Shown piece by piece: positions 30,069 to 40,889 of a stretch of 64,000 nt of DNA. The notes beneath the pieces are model-generated. The model worked only from the letters and a program-made list of their open reading frames with translations. It was not told the origin of the DNA and did no database searches. The stretch is from a virus (lineage: Duplodnaviria > Caudoviricetes): the IMG/VR virus record IMGVR_UViG_3300033074_000711, positions 32,001-96,000 of that record. One strand, 5' to 3'. How positions within the stretch are numbered: the stretch's first letter is position 1; every line of letters begins with the position of its first letter. The translations under genes were made by a program, and so were the position numbers.

Positions 30069-30538
30069 TATTGCTCCGATTTATGTTGACTTGTGTCTAT
30101 TAATATTTGTTTAACATCCATTGTAACACCAACTACACCACTTATTTTATTAAAAAAATATGTACGATATAATGGCACTCTACGTCTGATAAATGATTTT
30201 ATTGTATCATGATACATCGAATAAGGGTCTTGTGAATCCATCACTCTTCTTGCTGTATATACAATATCTCTAGATGGATTTGGTTCATATTTAATTCCTA
30301 AATTGTATAATAGACTTATAAAAGTAACAGGTTGTATATAATCTATAACCAAAGCGTGCATTTTACCTTCATAATTTGGATTTAATACAAACAAATGTGG
30401 ATTGTCATTATGTGGTGCATTTTTATATCTTATTCTTAAAATATTACCTTTTTTTATTCTGCTTTTAGTATGTGAATAATACCTTTGTATGTATTTTTTA
30501 TACAATGGTATGTAACTTACATATCCTGCTGTATCCAT
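30068..30538 (-). CDS. Hypothetical protein, possibly T4 gp2 DNA end-protector-like
   Basis: P.LFVL...HALVIDYI...LYRTY weakly resembles gp2. Confidence 0.35.
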   Translation of the reverse strand: MDTAGYVSYIPLYKKYIQRYYSHTKSRIKKGNILRIRYKNAPHNDNPHLFVLNPNYEGKMHALVIDYIQPVTFISLLYNLGIKYEPNPSRDIVYTARRVMDSQDPYSMYHDTIKSFIRRRVPLYRTYFFNKISGVVGVTMDVKQILIDTSQHKSEQ

Positions 30539-30539
30539 T

Positions 30540-30920
30540 TTAATTGACCATATTTAAATTATTAAAAAATGCTGTTATAAACTGAATACATTTATTAAAT
30601 TCATTTAATTCGTATTCTAATACTGAACCTGATGTAACTATAAACCATGTTAATTGTGATTCATTATTATAATCTAAAAAACAAGATATTTTTTGCGTTA
30701 TTAATGTAAATGGAAACCAATATAATTCAGATTCATTATTATAAACAATAAATTCTAATTGATTTTCTTTAGAATTTAATAATTTTTTTACTAACACATC
30801 ATCATTTTTTTTATAATTAGATTGTGATGTATATCCGCAATTTTCACAGAAATATATTTCAACAACATCATCATTTAATAATTCTAATCTTGTATTTTTA
30901 TTGCAATTGCCACATTTCAT
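30540..30920 (-). CDS. Zinc-ribbon protein
   Basis: CGNC...CENCGY. Confidence 0.6.
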   Translation of the reverse strand: MKCGNCNKNTRLELLNDDVVEIYFCENCGYTSQSNYKKNDDVLVKKLLNSKENQLEFIVYNNESELYWFPFTLITQKISCFLDYNNESQLTWFIVTSGSVLEYELNEFNKCIQFITAFFNNLNMVN

Positions 30921-30921
30921 A

Positions 30922-31128
30922 TTAATCCTTCAAAATTTTCTTATAAGGTTTATAATTTTCATTAAACTTATCACAATCAATAGAATAAAAATTATTAAAA
31001 GATTCATCTAAAAATATTATCATTTTGTCTTCGTCTAAAATTTTAGTTGCTTTAATTATTTGATTAGTATTTTTATTTATATATAATTTAACATCAGATA
31101 AATTAACCTTATTCACTTTCAACCTCAT
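30922..31128 (-). CDS. Hypothetical protein
   Basis: 68 aa, overlaps the upstream GT gene. Confidence 0.5.
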   Translation of the reverse strand: MRLKVNKVNLSDVKLYINKNTNQIIKATKILDEDKMIIFLDESFNNFYSIDCDKFNENYKPYKKILKD

Positions 31129-32404
31129 CTATTGATAATAATTCTGGTAATTCTATTTCTTCAAAAACAGGAATATCTGGTATATATTGAGTTAATATTT
31201 CATCTAACTTTTTAGTCATATTATGTAATGAAAACTTTTCAGAATTAATTTTTGCTAAATTATTAGATTTTTCTAAAAAGTATTGATAATTTAACATACA
31301 ATTTATTAATGCTGGTGATATTTTAGTTTCATCAACGTTAAACCATTTAGATTCTTTTATTATAATATCATCCCAAACAGCATTTTTTTCAACAAATTCT
31401 AATGTACCTGGTAATAAAATAGAATGTTCTATATCTAAAAAATCTAACTGACCAGACCAAGCCGTTGTTATTATTGGCTTACCTGTTGTAGAAAATTCAA
31501 GCAAAGGTCTACCAAAACCTTCACCTTTAGTTAAACTAATCATACTTTTAATTTTTTCATGATTATATAAATCATTCATTTGATTTTCATCAAATTCACC
31601 TGTTATTATATAAATATTAGGAAATTTTATTTTATTACCTAATTTTTTTAATATTTTATTTTTTATTTGTTTTATTTTTTTGTTAAAATTGTTCATTTCA
31701 ACTTTACCAAAATTTATACCCACTTTTAAAACTAATCCTGGTTTTTCACTTTCGCTAACCGATTGAAACATACCTATTGAAAACGTTTCTAAGAATTTCT
31801 CAATTAATAATGATACATTTTTTCTATCTGCATTATTTATCATCCATTGACCAACAAATAAATATAAAAATTTGTTATCAATATTATTTAATAAATCCCT
31901 AATAGTTTTACTACAATAATCTTTTTTATAAAAAACTTTAGTATCTACGCCTTCAAATAAAACTTCAACAGGTTTCTGACAAACTAAAACATGATTATCT
32001 TGTGATTGATATTGTGTATACACAATTGTATTTTTACTATGCATGGATGGAACTAAAACCAAATCCATTTGATTTATATTTTCTAACCATTTAGCACTAA
32101 CATGTGTTGTTTCTATTCCTGCTGTTATTCCTATATTATATTTTCCTATTCTTTTAAACTCATTTGGTATTGTTATTTGAACGCAAATATCTGGCTGATT
32201 GGTTATACTATGTATAAGTAAATTATTTAACTCACTTTTTAAATCCTCTGGTATATAATTATTAGGTGTTATACCCCAATTTATTGGAATAATCTTAATA
32301 TCATATTTATCAATCTTTAATAAAGACCTTAAAATATCTCTAGCATGGTCACCGTAACCACTTCTTGATAAAATTGGTGCTATCAATAATAAACTATTTT
32401 TCAT
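31109..32404 (-). CDS. Glycosyltransferase family 4 (GT-B)
   Basis: SRSGYGDHARD, RKNV, KGEGFGRPLLE, WSGQLDFL. Confidence 0.88.
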   Translation of the reverse strand: MKNSLLLIAPILSRSGYGDHARDILRSLLKIDKYDIKIIPINWGITPNNYIPEDLKSELNNLLIHSITNQPDICVQITIPNEFKRIGKYNIGITAGIETTHVSAKWLENINQMDLVLVPSMHSKNTIVYTQYQSQDNHVLVCQKPVEVLFEGVDTKVFYKKDYCSKTIRDLLNNIDNKFLYLFVGQWMINNADRKNVSLLIEKFLETFSIGMFQSVSESEKPGLVLKVGINFGKVEMNNFNKKIKQIKNKILKKLGNKIKFPNIYIITGEFDENQMNDLYNHEKIKSMISLTKGEGFGRPLLEFSTTGKPIITTAWSGQLDFLDIEHSILLPGTLEFVEKNAVWDDIIIKESKWFNVDETKISPALINCMLNYQYFLEKSNNLAKINSEKFSLHNMTKKLDEILTQYIPDIPVFEEIELPELLSIDEVESE

Positions 32405-32405
32405 A

Positions 32406-33821
32406 CTATACCTTTAAAATATTTATTTTATTTTTATCTATTATTTTATTTTCTAAACATAAATTAATACTTTTAACTATATTTTTACACATGCTATCAG
32501 AATCCATATTATTTTCTATCAAATATTGTCTACCAACTTGATTATCAATGTTATCTTTATCATGAAATGCTTTTAATAATTGTTTTGTTACATCTTCTGT
32601 ATTTACAATATCATCAAAAATATATGGTGTTTCTATAGAACCATTACATGTTGTTGATGCAGGAAAAACTGGATAACACCAATCTCCATGTAATTTTGTT
32701 ATCTGACCTTTATTATTTGTATTTTTAATTTCATCAAAATCATCTACTGTAATATATTTATCATCGATTTTAAAACCACATTGGTCTTGTAAACCACCAG
32801 TAACATTAACTAAAATTGGTGTACCAGCCATTAGACTTTCAGCAGTTGATAAACCAAAACCTTCTGCATTTGAGATGCTTATTGTTAAATTAGCCATATT
32901 ATATAAATAATTCATATGTTTTTTTGAATATACTTGCTCATCAACTATTATATCATAGTTTGAAAACAAATCGCTTATAACAGCATCTAAATCTGTACCT
33001 GCTTGGTCGCTAACTGATGTGTGTAAATATAATAATAATTTTTTATCTTTTAGAATATCACATAAACCCTTATATGACATAATTACATCAGTTATTAATT
33101 TTCTTCTAATATTCCTACTATTAAAAAATATTATAAAATCATAATTCTCTTTATTTTCTGGTAACTTTGTTGATATAAACGTTTTAAATTCAACATCATT
33201 TTCATTTATTGGAAAATAATCTTTTGAATTTATACCATGTGGTACATAAGATAACATTAAATTTTTATCTTTTTTATTTTGAATATTATCTAACTTTAAT
33301 TCATTTACTTTATCTTTACCAACAACATATTTAACATTATTGTACGATAACTTACTAATAGCCATTATTAAATCACACGATTCAAAATATGGTTTATTAT
33401 AATAGCTAAATGGCACATTATCCCAAACATGATAATAAACTATTTTTATACCTCTTTGGTGTATTTCATATTCCATTTCGAATAACCACACCCAATAGCG
33501 TGGGTCTGTAAATATCATTATAATTTCTGGTTTTTCTATATCCATAATTTGTCTTAATAAAAATGGATTACCATAACCATTTGATGGATATATTAGTGTT
33601 TTTATATCATCATAACCTAAATGATTTTTTATATCTTCCGAAACATCAATAATTTTACCAACGTCTGGATTATTTATCATAGAACCTATCTGAACCCAAT
33701 TAAAAACATGTGCTGTATTTATTATTATTTCTTTAGAAATTGTGCCAACACCAGATGGTATTCTCATATCATCACTTAATAATAATATTTTTTTTCTTAA
33801 ATTATAAGGTACATATTCCAT
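32406..33821 (-). CDS. Glycosyltransferase family 4 (GT-B)
   Basis: SDD.R..SGVG, PHGI, RNIRRK, AEGFGLSTAES, TGGLQDQ. Confidence 0.88.
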   Translation of the reverse strand: MEYVPYNLRKKILLLSDDMRIPSGVGTISKEIIINTAHVFNWVQIGSMINNPDVGKIIDVSEDIKNHLGYDDIKTLIYPSNGYGNPFLLRQIMDIEKPEIIMIFTDPRYWVWLFEMEYEIHQRGIKIVYYHVWDNVPFSYYNKPYFESCDLIMAISKLSYNNVKYVVGKDKVNELKLDNIQNKKDKNLMLSYVPHGINSKDYFPINENDVEFKTFISTKLPENKENYDFIIFFNSRNIRRKLITDVIMSYKGLCDILKDKKLLLYLHTSVSDQAGTDLDAVISDLFSNYDIIVDEQVYSKKHMNYLYNMANLTISISNAEGFGLSTAESLMAGTPILVNVTGGLQDQCGFKIDDKYITVDDFDEIKNTNNKGQITKLHGDWCYPVFPASTTCNGSIETPYIFDDIVNTEDVTKQLLKAFHDKDNIDNQVGRQYLIENNMDSDSMCKNIVKSINLCLENKIIDKNKINILKV

Positions 33822-33822
33822 A

Positions 33823-34251
33823 TTAATTCTCTATTAATTTACAAAATTCTTTATCTACTTTAGAAAAAAAGTATTTAAAATACTTATTATCATATTCTGT
33901 TAAATAATCTTTATTCATAAAAAAAATAAAATAATTACAATTTTCTATTATTTTTCTAATTGAAGTATTTATCCCAATATCATTATGTTTATATTTGTTT
34001 AAATACCAAAATTTAGGTAAAAATAAAGTACTTTGATGTTTTACATACTTCATATTAAATGGTGGTATTTCAAAATATTCTATAGAGTGTGATTCACACA
34101 ATTCTTCTATAAAATTGTCTAAACCATATTTATTACCCCGTGTTATAATTGTAACATCGTTTTTATACGAATCTTTAATGTTACTTATAACTTTTTTAAT
34201 TTTAAATTGATTTTCATAATTATCTGAAGTTGTAGCAAATATATAAACCAT
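33823..34251 (-). CDS. SLOG/YspA-like hypothetical protein
   Basis: IITRGNKYGLDNF loop in a Rossmann-like pattern. Confidence 0.4.
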   Translation of the reverse strand: MVYIFATTSDNYENQFKIKKVISNIKDSYKNDVTIITRGNKYGLDNFIEELCESHSIEYFEIPPFNMKYVKHQSTLFLPKFWYLNKYKHNDIGINTSIRKIIENCNYFIFFMNKDYLTEYDNKYFKYFFSKVDKEFCKLIEN

Positions 34252-34264
34252 TTTATTTTTTTCT

Positions 34265-34642
34265 TTATTTTTTTAAAAGATGATTGTTATTTAAAAACGC
34301 TTTAATAAATCCTATTGAGTTAACTAAACAAGTTAAAAACTCATTTTCACTTTCTTTTTTATATACAAATTTAAATTTACCAGAAAAACTTTCATCATGG
34401 TAAATTATTATATTGGCTTTACTATATCTAAATAAATTATCATGTATAAATTTTATATTATTACTCGAGTATTTATTTAACTCCAAATCTAAATTTTTAT
34501 CACTATTGTACATTATTAGTATATCATTATTAGTATTTATAGTTAAATTTTCTGCTAAATTTATAAACATTTCTAACATATTAAATTTTTTAAAATCATC
34601 AATATCAATTTTTATTCTAACACTAGCCATTTTTTCCGTCAC
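34265..34642 (-). CDS. Hypothetical protein
   Basis: 125-aa ORF in the operon. Confidence 0.5.
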   Translation of the reverse strand: MTEKMASVRIKIDIDDFKKFNMLEMFINLAENLTINTNNDILIMYNSDKNLDLELNKYSSNNIKFIHDNLFRYSKANIIIYHDESFSGKFKFVYKKESENEFLTCLVNSIGFIKAFLNNNHLLKK

Positions 34643-35480
34643 AATGATTATTTAATAATGGGCAATATTTACAATTTTTATTGTTTTTATTAAAAGTTAA
34701 GTTTTGATTATACGAACCATCTTTATTAAAAATAATTTCAATATCATCATTAAAACTTTTAATAACGTTTTTAAGAGTTCTTTCACTACTGGGTGGGTAA
34801 ACGCGCTGTATGCGTTTAGGTGCGTATTGTAATGAATCATTTATAAAAATTTTTTGCTTAAAAATCATAAACTCAACATCAATATTTTCCAGCGGAACAT
34901 TAAATTGTTTACTATAATAATATTTATATAATTGTAATTGAAGTCTCTTATTATCTGATTTTGTTTGGTTTTCAGACCAACCTCTATAAGATTTTTTAAA
35001 ATCTATTATAGTATATTTATTGTTTATAATATCTTTTATAACTATATCAATGTAACCGTGAAAATTTAAATTTTCTGAAATTTTTGATAAAAGCTCAACT
35101 TCACAACCTACTAATTCATAATTCTTTTTTATAAAGTAATCTGCTCTATGTTTTTTAAACCACATTAAAATTTCTAAGCCATCATTATAATACTCAGACA
35201 TTTCGTCAACTGTAACATAATCTTTTATATTTTCACCACACTTTTTAAAATTGTTAATCATAGAATTTTGTAAAAATGTAGAAAAATCGAACCCATCAGA
35301 CTTTTTAATAGATTCATTATATAAAATTTCTAAATATTTTTGTAAAGTTTCATGTAATGCTGAACCAAAAATTAAATGTATATTTCCAGGTGCTGTTTTT
35401 ATTTTATCAATATATAATAATTTAAATTTATATTGACATTCCTTATATGTAACATATTGTGAATAACTTATATTAGACAT
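34623..35480 (-). CDS. PD-(D/E)XK nuclease, Cas4/RecB-like with Fe-S cysteines
   Basis: SYSQ...C, G..LH..L, GYIDIV, IIDFK, QL.LY, CKYC...C. Confidence 0.85.
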   Translation of the reverse strand: MSNISYSQYVTYKECQYKFKLLYIDKIKTAPGNIHLIFGSALHETLQKYLEILYNESIKKSDGFDFSTFLQNSMINNFKKCGENIKDYVTVDEMSEYYNDGLEILMWFKKHRADYFIKKNYELVGCEVELLSKISENLNFHGYIDIVIKDIINNKYTIIDFKKSYRGWSENQTKSDNKRLQLQLYKYYYSKQFNVPLENIDVEFMIFKQKIFINDSLQYAPKRIQRVYPPSSERTLKNVIKSFNDDIEIIFNKDGSYNQNLTFNKNNKNCKYCPLLNNHCDGKNG

Positions 35481-35482
35481 AT

Positions 35483-36130
35483 TTATAAAATCCCATCAAC
35501 TAAACCATATTTAACACACTCATCTGGAGTTAAATATATATCACTATTTAATAGCTTATCTAATTCTTTAACTTTTAAATTTGATTCTTCCAAATATATT
35601 TTTTTCATCATATCTTTTATTTTTTTAACATTTTCAGTTTCTTCAATATGTTGTGTTAGCTTTCCATAAAATCCGTATGATACATCGTGTATTAACATCA
35701 ACGAATTTTTCTTCATAAATCGTTTTGTTCCGCTTATAGCTAATATAGAACCACCTGAAGCCGCTATACCACTAACTATTGTATTTATATCTATTACTTT
35801 TTTTAATAATCTTATCTCATCATAAACAGAAAATGCGGCAGTTGCTGAGCCACCGTATGAGTATATAAATAAATTAATACTATTAATCATAATTTGTTGA
35901 GTTTGCATATTAGCTTGTGGTGGTAGTGAATATACAACATTTCTTAAAACCGTTGTCAAATATAACATACTTTCTTCTGTTATATCACCTGTAAAATAAA
36001 TATTATTATCAATAACCTGAATAAGCTTTGAACTTTCTGTAGGTAATACTGTAACATTAACTTCTTCTTTGTTTAAAATTCTTGTTCTTGAGTATAAATC
36101 CACGCTTTTAGATACTACGGTATTTTTCAT
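35483..36130 (-). CDS. clpP: ClpP-like serine protease
   Basis: SYGGS, AASGG (catalytic Ser), MLIH, D.YL...E...YGLVD. Confidence 0.85.
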   Translation of the reverse strand: MKNTVVSKSVDLYSRTRILNKEEVNVTVLPTESSKLIQVIDNNIYFTGDITEESMLYLTTVLRNVVYSLPPQANMQTQQIMINSINLFIYSYGGSATAAFSVYDEIRLLKKVIDINTIVSGIAASGGSILAISGTKRFMKKNSLMLIHDVSYGFYGKLTQHIEETENVKKIKDMMKKIYLEESNLKVKELDKLLNSDIYLTPDECVKYGLVDGIL

Positions 36131-36180
36131 ATATATCCTTATTTTGTTTTAAGTAACTGTTATAAATAACCATTATATTA

Positions 36181-36190
36181 TATAAATATA
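36181..36190 (-). promoter_or_regulatory. Putative late promoter TATATTTATA
   Basis: Upstream of the clpP-nuclease-glycosyltransferase operon. Confidence 0.55.
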
Positions 36191-36195
36191 AAAAT

Positions 36196-36630
36196 TTATA
36201 TTTTATTTAATACTTTTTTTACATCTTTTGGTAAAAACCCATTATTTAACAATATTCTTTCTATCTCTATTTTTTTATCATCTTTTATTAATATTAAAAA
36301 ATATATATTGGCATCATATTCTGACACATCATAAAATTTTTGAATATTTTTTATTATAATTTTTTTATTATCATTTTCTTTATCTGATTTTATGTATTCA
36401 CTTCTATAATTATTTTTTGGTATTGTTTTTATATAAAATAAATTTAAAATATTATTAGGTATATTATATTTTTGAATAAAATTAACAACGTGTATAATAT
36501 TAGCATTCATTGATAAAAACTTATTAATCATATATGTTGACCAAATTTTTTCATCGGATTCAGTAACACTATTAAAAAAGTTTAAATCTTTAATTTTATT
36601 TATGTTTTCTATATAATCAAATATTTTCAT
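36196..36630 (-). CDS. Clamp loader small subunit (gp62-like)
   Basis: IFDY, YMINKFLSM, YIK, YDVS; adjacent to gp43/44. Confidence 0.75.
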   Translation of the reverse strand: MKIFDYIENINKIKDLNFFNSVTESDEKIWSTYMINKFLSMNANIIHVVNFIQKYNIPNNILNLFYIKTIPKNNYRSEYIKSDKENDNKKIIIKNIQKFYDVSEYDANIYFLILIKDDKKIEIERILLNNGFLPKDVKKVLNKI

Positions 36631-39209
36631 TTTAATTTAAAAAATTTATTAACGAGTTTAGTTCTGTTATTTGGAAATTCCCAATTTAATGCTTCATAAA
36701 AAGTTTTTAATTTATTTTCTAATTTAGTTTCATACATTTTTTCTTTATCCACATATTTTTCTATTATTTCTAAAATTTGTGGTGGATTAGATTCATCTGT
36801 ATAAGCTAAAGAATCAATATTATATTGATTTTTATATAAATAAACCCACTTAACTTTCATACCGCTTTCAATAAAATTGAATTTTGATTCTAAATTAAAA
36901 TATTTTATCAAATGGTTGTAGTTAATAATACCTTTAATATGTGCTTGTGCACCTTTGGAATAATCAAATAATTTACCAGTTTCGTATTTTTTAATATCTT
37001 TTACACCAGTTGTTTCGGCTAAATAATTATAAGGTACATTTTTAATATTATTTTTATATTCTAAAATCTCATCATCTATATATAAATGTGAATTTTTTTT
37101 ATCATGTTTTATAATTTTATTTAATATTGACTCCATTAAAGTTTTAAAGGATTGTGGTGAACTTGATCTAACAACATCTAAACCTGCGTAAGATATTTTA
37201 TCAATTTGTTTACCTTCATCATCTACGACGTGTAGTGCATAATTCTTTTTGGCAACAAAAAACGCACACTTGCATATTTTTTCCCTTTTCATATCAAAAT
37301 ATGAATTTTTTGATTTAAATATAACAGTGCTTAATTTTTTTAATTCGTTATTAATATGTTTTTGTATTTGATATGATAATTCTTTCGTAAATTCTATTTC
37401 ATTTTCTTTACTTATACCCCATTCTTCTATAAAATCATTAGATGTGAAATAACCAGAATCAGTATCGGAGTAAAGCATTGTGTTATTTATATCTTTTTTA
37501 AGCTTTTTGGAATAATAATTATCAACAACAGCAGATGTGTATTTTATAACACTTTGCCCTGATAATGTCACAGATAAAGCATTGTCTAGATCATAAAACC
37601 TAAATGAATTTAATCCTAAAACACCGTACATTGAATTTAATAATGTTTTTATAGAAAGTTCTATCGTTTTATAAATGTTATAATTTTCTGTATCATTGTT
37701 ATTTCTAAACTCAAAAGATTTTGTTTTGTATTTAACCCTGTCATTAAACCATTTTGTTAAAATATCTGGAATGACACCTGTTTTACTAATGTCATAAACG
37801 ACGCCGTGTGAGGATATTGTCACGTCATTGTTTAATAAAAATGTTTTTAAATCAAAACCTTTTATTTTTTTATTATCATTGTTTTGTATTATTTCATAAA
37901 TTTCATCATCATTTAAAAAATTTAATTCTTCATAATCCTTATTTAATTTTTCAATATTATCCTTATTTATTATTTTACTAATGTTGGGCCACTTTACAAT
38001 TTTAAAAAGTTTAGTTTCTGGTGAAATGTTTAATGTTCTGATGGTTGATGGGTATAATGATGTTGCATCTAAACTAAAAACATTATAATATAAACCTGGT
38101 TTTGGTTCCATGACAAAAGCACCTTCAAAATCTTCTTTATCACTTTTATTAGGTCTATTTTTTGAAATCATGTTTTTATTATATAAAAACGTTATAATAG
38201 AACCTTCTAAATATTTTGACGAGTAATAAATATCTTCATAAATGACATGACCAATGTGACAAATTCTATAAACTAAATCCAATAACTTTAATTTTTCATT
38301 TAACTCAACAACTAATATAACGTCATTTATATTATATTCTATATATTTATTTTTATCTGAATTATATAAATCTTTAAGCGTTCCATCATATTTAATTTTT
38401 TCTTTATTTATTTCAATTTTACATATATTATTTAACGAATAACTAGATCGAGGTTTAAATGTAAATTTTTTGTAAATTTTCATATAATCTAATAATGATA
38501 CACCTTTTATTGACCAAATTTTATTATACTCATCTAAAATAACGGCACCGACTGGACTTAGTGTGTTAACGTATTTGTCGTTAAGTATATTTTTTATTCT
38601 GTTTATTAAATACGGTATATCAAAGTTATCGGTGTTCCAACCGGTTATAACTGTTGGTGAATATTCTGAATAATATTTTAAAAATTCTCTCAATAAAATT
38701 TTTTCATCATCAAATGATAATATTTCTGTATTATTTGTTGTTGAATTTTTAATTTGTTTGCCTTCATCTAAAATAAAAGCCATATATTTATCATCGCTTT
38801 TTAAATACATTGCTATAGCTGTTATTTTATTTTGTGCTAAATTAATGTCTGGTAAAGAATTAGTAATATCAACTTCAATATCAATATACAATTCCCTATT
38901 AATTGATATCTCATCTGAGTGACTGTATTCCTGCACTATTAATTTTAAAGCATTATTGACATCATGTTCTAATATTAAATTATTCTCTATATCATTTTGT
39001 GTCCATCTATAAATTTTATCATATCTATCTCCACTAATAGATATATATTTACCATTTTCATTTAATTTATACGCATATGGTTTAAATTTTTTTACTATCT
39101 TTCCGTTTTTATCGTCAAAAATAACCGCGTTATAATAGTAGTTATTTATATTTTCAGTATCATTATTTTTTTCATATATTTTATTACCTAAATAAACATT
39201 TTGATACAC
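36627..39209 (-). CDS. gp43: Family B DNA polymerase (gp43-like)
   Basis: ExoI DIEV, ExoII GWN...FD.PY, ExoIII YN..D; DATSLYPS, K.LLNSMYG, YSDTDS; GTG start. Confidence 0.96.
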   Translation of the reverse strand: MYQNVYLGNKIYEKNNDTENINNYYYNAVIFDDKNGKIVKKFKPYAYKLNENGKYISISGDRYDKIYRWTQNDIENNLILEHDVNNALKLIVQEYSHSDEISINRELYIDIEVDITNSLPDINLAQNKITAIAMYLKSDDKYMAFILDEGKQIKNSTTNNTEILSFDDEKILLREFLKYYSEYSPTVITGWNTDNFDIPYLINRIKNILNDKYVNTLSPVGAVILDEYNKIWSIKGVSLLDYMKIYKKFTFKPRSSYSLNNICKIEINKEKIKYDGTLKDLYNSDKNKYIEYNINDVILVVELNEKLKLLDLVYRICHIGHVIYEDIYYSSKYLEGSIITFLYNKNMISKNRPNKSDKEDFEGAFVMEPKPGLYYNVFSLDATSLYPSTIRTLNISPETKLFKIVKWPNISKIINKDNIEKLNKDYEELNFLNDDEIYEIIQNNDNKKIKGFDLKTFLLNNDVTISSHGVVYDISKTGVIPDILTKWFNDRVKYKTKSFEFRNNNDTENYNIYKTIELSIKTLLNSMYGVLGLNSFRFYDLDNALSVTLSGQSVIKYTSAVVDNYYSKKLKKDINNTMLYSDTDSGYFTSNDFIEEWGISKENEIEFTKELSYQIQKHINNELKKLSTVIFKSKNSYFDMKREKICKCAFFVAKKNYALHVVDDEGKQIDKISYAGLDVVRSSSPQSFKTLMESILNKIIKHDKKNSHLYIDDEILEYKNNIKNVPYNYLAETTGVKDIKKYETGKLFDYSKGAQAHIKGIINYNHLIKYFNLESKFNFIESGMKVKWVYLYKNQYNIDSLAYTDESNPPQILEIIEKYVDKEKMYETKLENKLKTFYEALNWEFPNNRTKLVNKFFKLK

Positions 39210-40162
39210 TAATTAACCTCATCAAGTATTTTTAAAATCATTGCAATAACATTTATTTCTTTATCAACAACAAACGCGTCATAATATTGATATTCAGCTA
39301 TTATAACTATTAAATTTTCAATATTAAAATTAATTAAACTATCTATATTATTATATAAATATGTAAAAAAGTCTATAAAATTTTTAACATGATTGTTAGC
39401 TATAATTTTTCTTATATTTTTATATGTTGTTTGTTTATTTTTTTTATAGTTAATTAACTCTTTTAAAATCTCTTCTTTATAATCACTTAAATTTGATAGA
39501 TTTTTATCTAATAACAAAACACCATCTTTATTATACCACTGTATTAACTGTAATAATTTTCTAATATCTGGATAATATTGATTTATTAATATAACTAAAT
39601 CATCTAATGAAAATTTAATATTTTCCTTTTCTAATATAATACTTAAATGTGTTGCTACATCTGATTTATTAGGTGGTAAAATCTCAAGAACTGTACATCT
39701 TGATTTTATAGGGTCTATTATTTTTTCAAGATAATTACAAGTAAAAATAAATCTAACATTATTACTATATTCTTCAATAACTGAACGTAACGCAGCCATC
39801 GAAGATTGTGATAAATAATCAGCTTCATCTAATATTATAATTTTATAACCTGTTAACGAAACTGTTGATGCGTATGGTATTATTTTTTCTCTAACGACGT
39901 CAACACCATTATCATTCGATGCGTTTATATATAAACCATCACAATCGAAACTATTTATTAAAATTTTAGCTAAAGATGTTTTTCCCGTACCCGGTTTTCC
40001 GTGTAACAATAAATTGGGTATATCTTTATTTAAAATGTTATTTTTTAAAGTTTTCTTTAAGTTTTCAGAACCTATAAATGATTCTAAATTATCTGGTCTG
40101 TATTTTTCACAAAATAATGTACTATTTTTACTTGTTGGTTGACTTCTTTTTATTTTAAACAT
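39209..40162 (-). CDS. gp44: Clamp loader large subunit (gp44/RFC-like)
   Basis: EKYRP, GKPGTGKT, ILDEAD, SRC. Confidence 0.93.
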   Translation of the reverse strand: MFKIKRSQPTSKNSTLFCEKYRPDNLESFIGSENLKKTLKNNILNKDIPNLLLHGKPGTGKTSLAKILINSFDCDGLYINASNDNGVDVVREKIIPYASTVSLTGYKIIILDEADYLSQSSMAALRSVIEEYSNNVRFIFTCNYLEKIIDPIKSRCTVLEILPPNKSDVATHLSIILEKENIKFSLDDLVILINQYYPDIRKLLQLIQWYNKDGVLLLDKNLSNLSDYKEEILKELINYKKNKQTTYKNIRKIIANNHVKNFIDFFTYLYNNIDSLINFNIENLIVIIAEYQYYDAFVVDKEINVIAMILKILDEVN

Positions 40163-40169
40163 GAAACTC

Positions 40170-40889
40170 CTAATTATATGAAACTAAAAAATAATCAGCA
40201 TTAAATACATCATTTTCTATCTTTAATTCAAACATACCATCTTCATAAATATTTATTAAAATGTTTTCATTTTTATATTTTGTTAATATTTTTGATAAAT
40301 ACTTGCAATTAAATTTTAAAGTATTTTCCATAATTTCCTTTTTTATATCACATTTATGTGAAATTCTAACTTTAGATGATGTTGTTTCATCACCGAAATT
40401 AAAATATAATTCATCATCAAATGCCGATAAACTAAACGTCTCATGGTTTATTGTCGATATTGATTTACAAATTTTATTATTTAAACTTTCATTTAATAAA
40501 AATGATACATTTGCTATAGGCATATCATTTATTTCTTCCAGCTGTTTATATAAACTAAGGTCTCTTAAACTATTTTCTATTTTAGAATTTTTATCAAATA
40601 AAATTAAAATACTACTAGTGTTATTATTATTTTGTATTAGCATTTCAATATCTTCATCTAAAATATCTAATAATTTGTTTATTTTAACTGAATCTAATAT
40701 ACCAATTTTAACATTTACCTTTAACTCATATTTATAATTAATATAACCAACTATAACTTGTTGTTCATCTATGAAATTACAATTTATAACATCATTATTA
40801 AAATTCCATATGACGCTATTAATTTTATCGGTTATTAAATATTTATCTATAAAATCTTGTAATACACTTTTTTTAATTTTTATATTCAT
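40170..40889 (-). CDS. Sliding clamp (gp45-like)
   Basis: 239 aa beta-rich, directly upstream of the clamp loader; FIDKY, C-terminal YFL. Confidence 0.7.
   Translation of the reverse strand: MNIKIKKSVLQDFIDKYLITDKINSVIWNFNNDVINCNFIDEQQVIVGYINYKYELKVNVKIGILDSVKINKLLDILDEDIEMLIQNNNNTSSILILFDKNSKIENSLRDLSLYKQLEEINDMPIANVSFLLNESLNNKICKSISTINHETFSLSAFDDELYFNFGDETTSSKVRISHKCDIKKEIMENTLKFNCKYLSKILTKYKNENILINIYEDGMFELKIENDVFNADYFLVSYN

Noticed and set aside
29439-33821. T4-type glucosylated hmC DNA modification pathway
   Set aside because: No dCMP hydroxymethylase or dCTPase seen in this window, so unsupported here, though not excluded for the whole genome
34623-35480. Cas4-like gene as evidence of a CRISPR-Cas system
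   Set aside because: Stand-alone Cas4/RecB-like nucleases are common in phages; no cas1, cas2 or array seen
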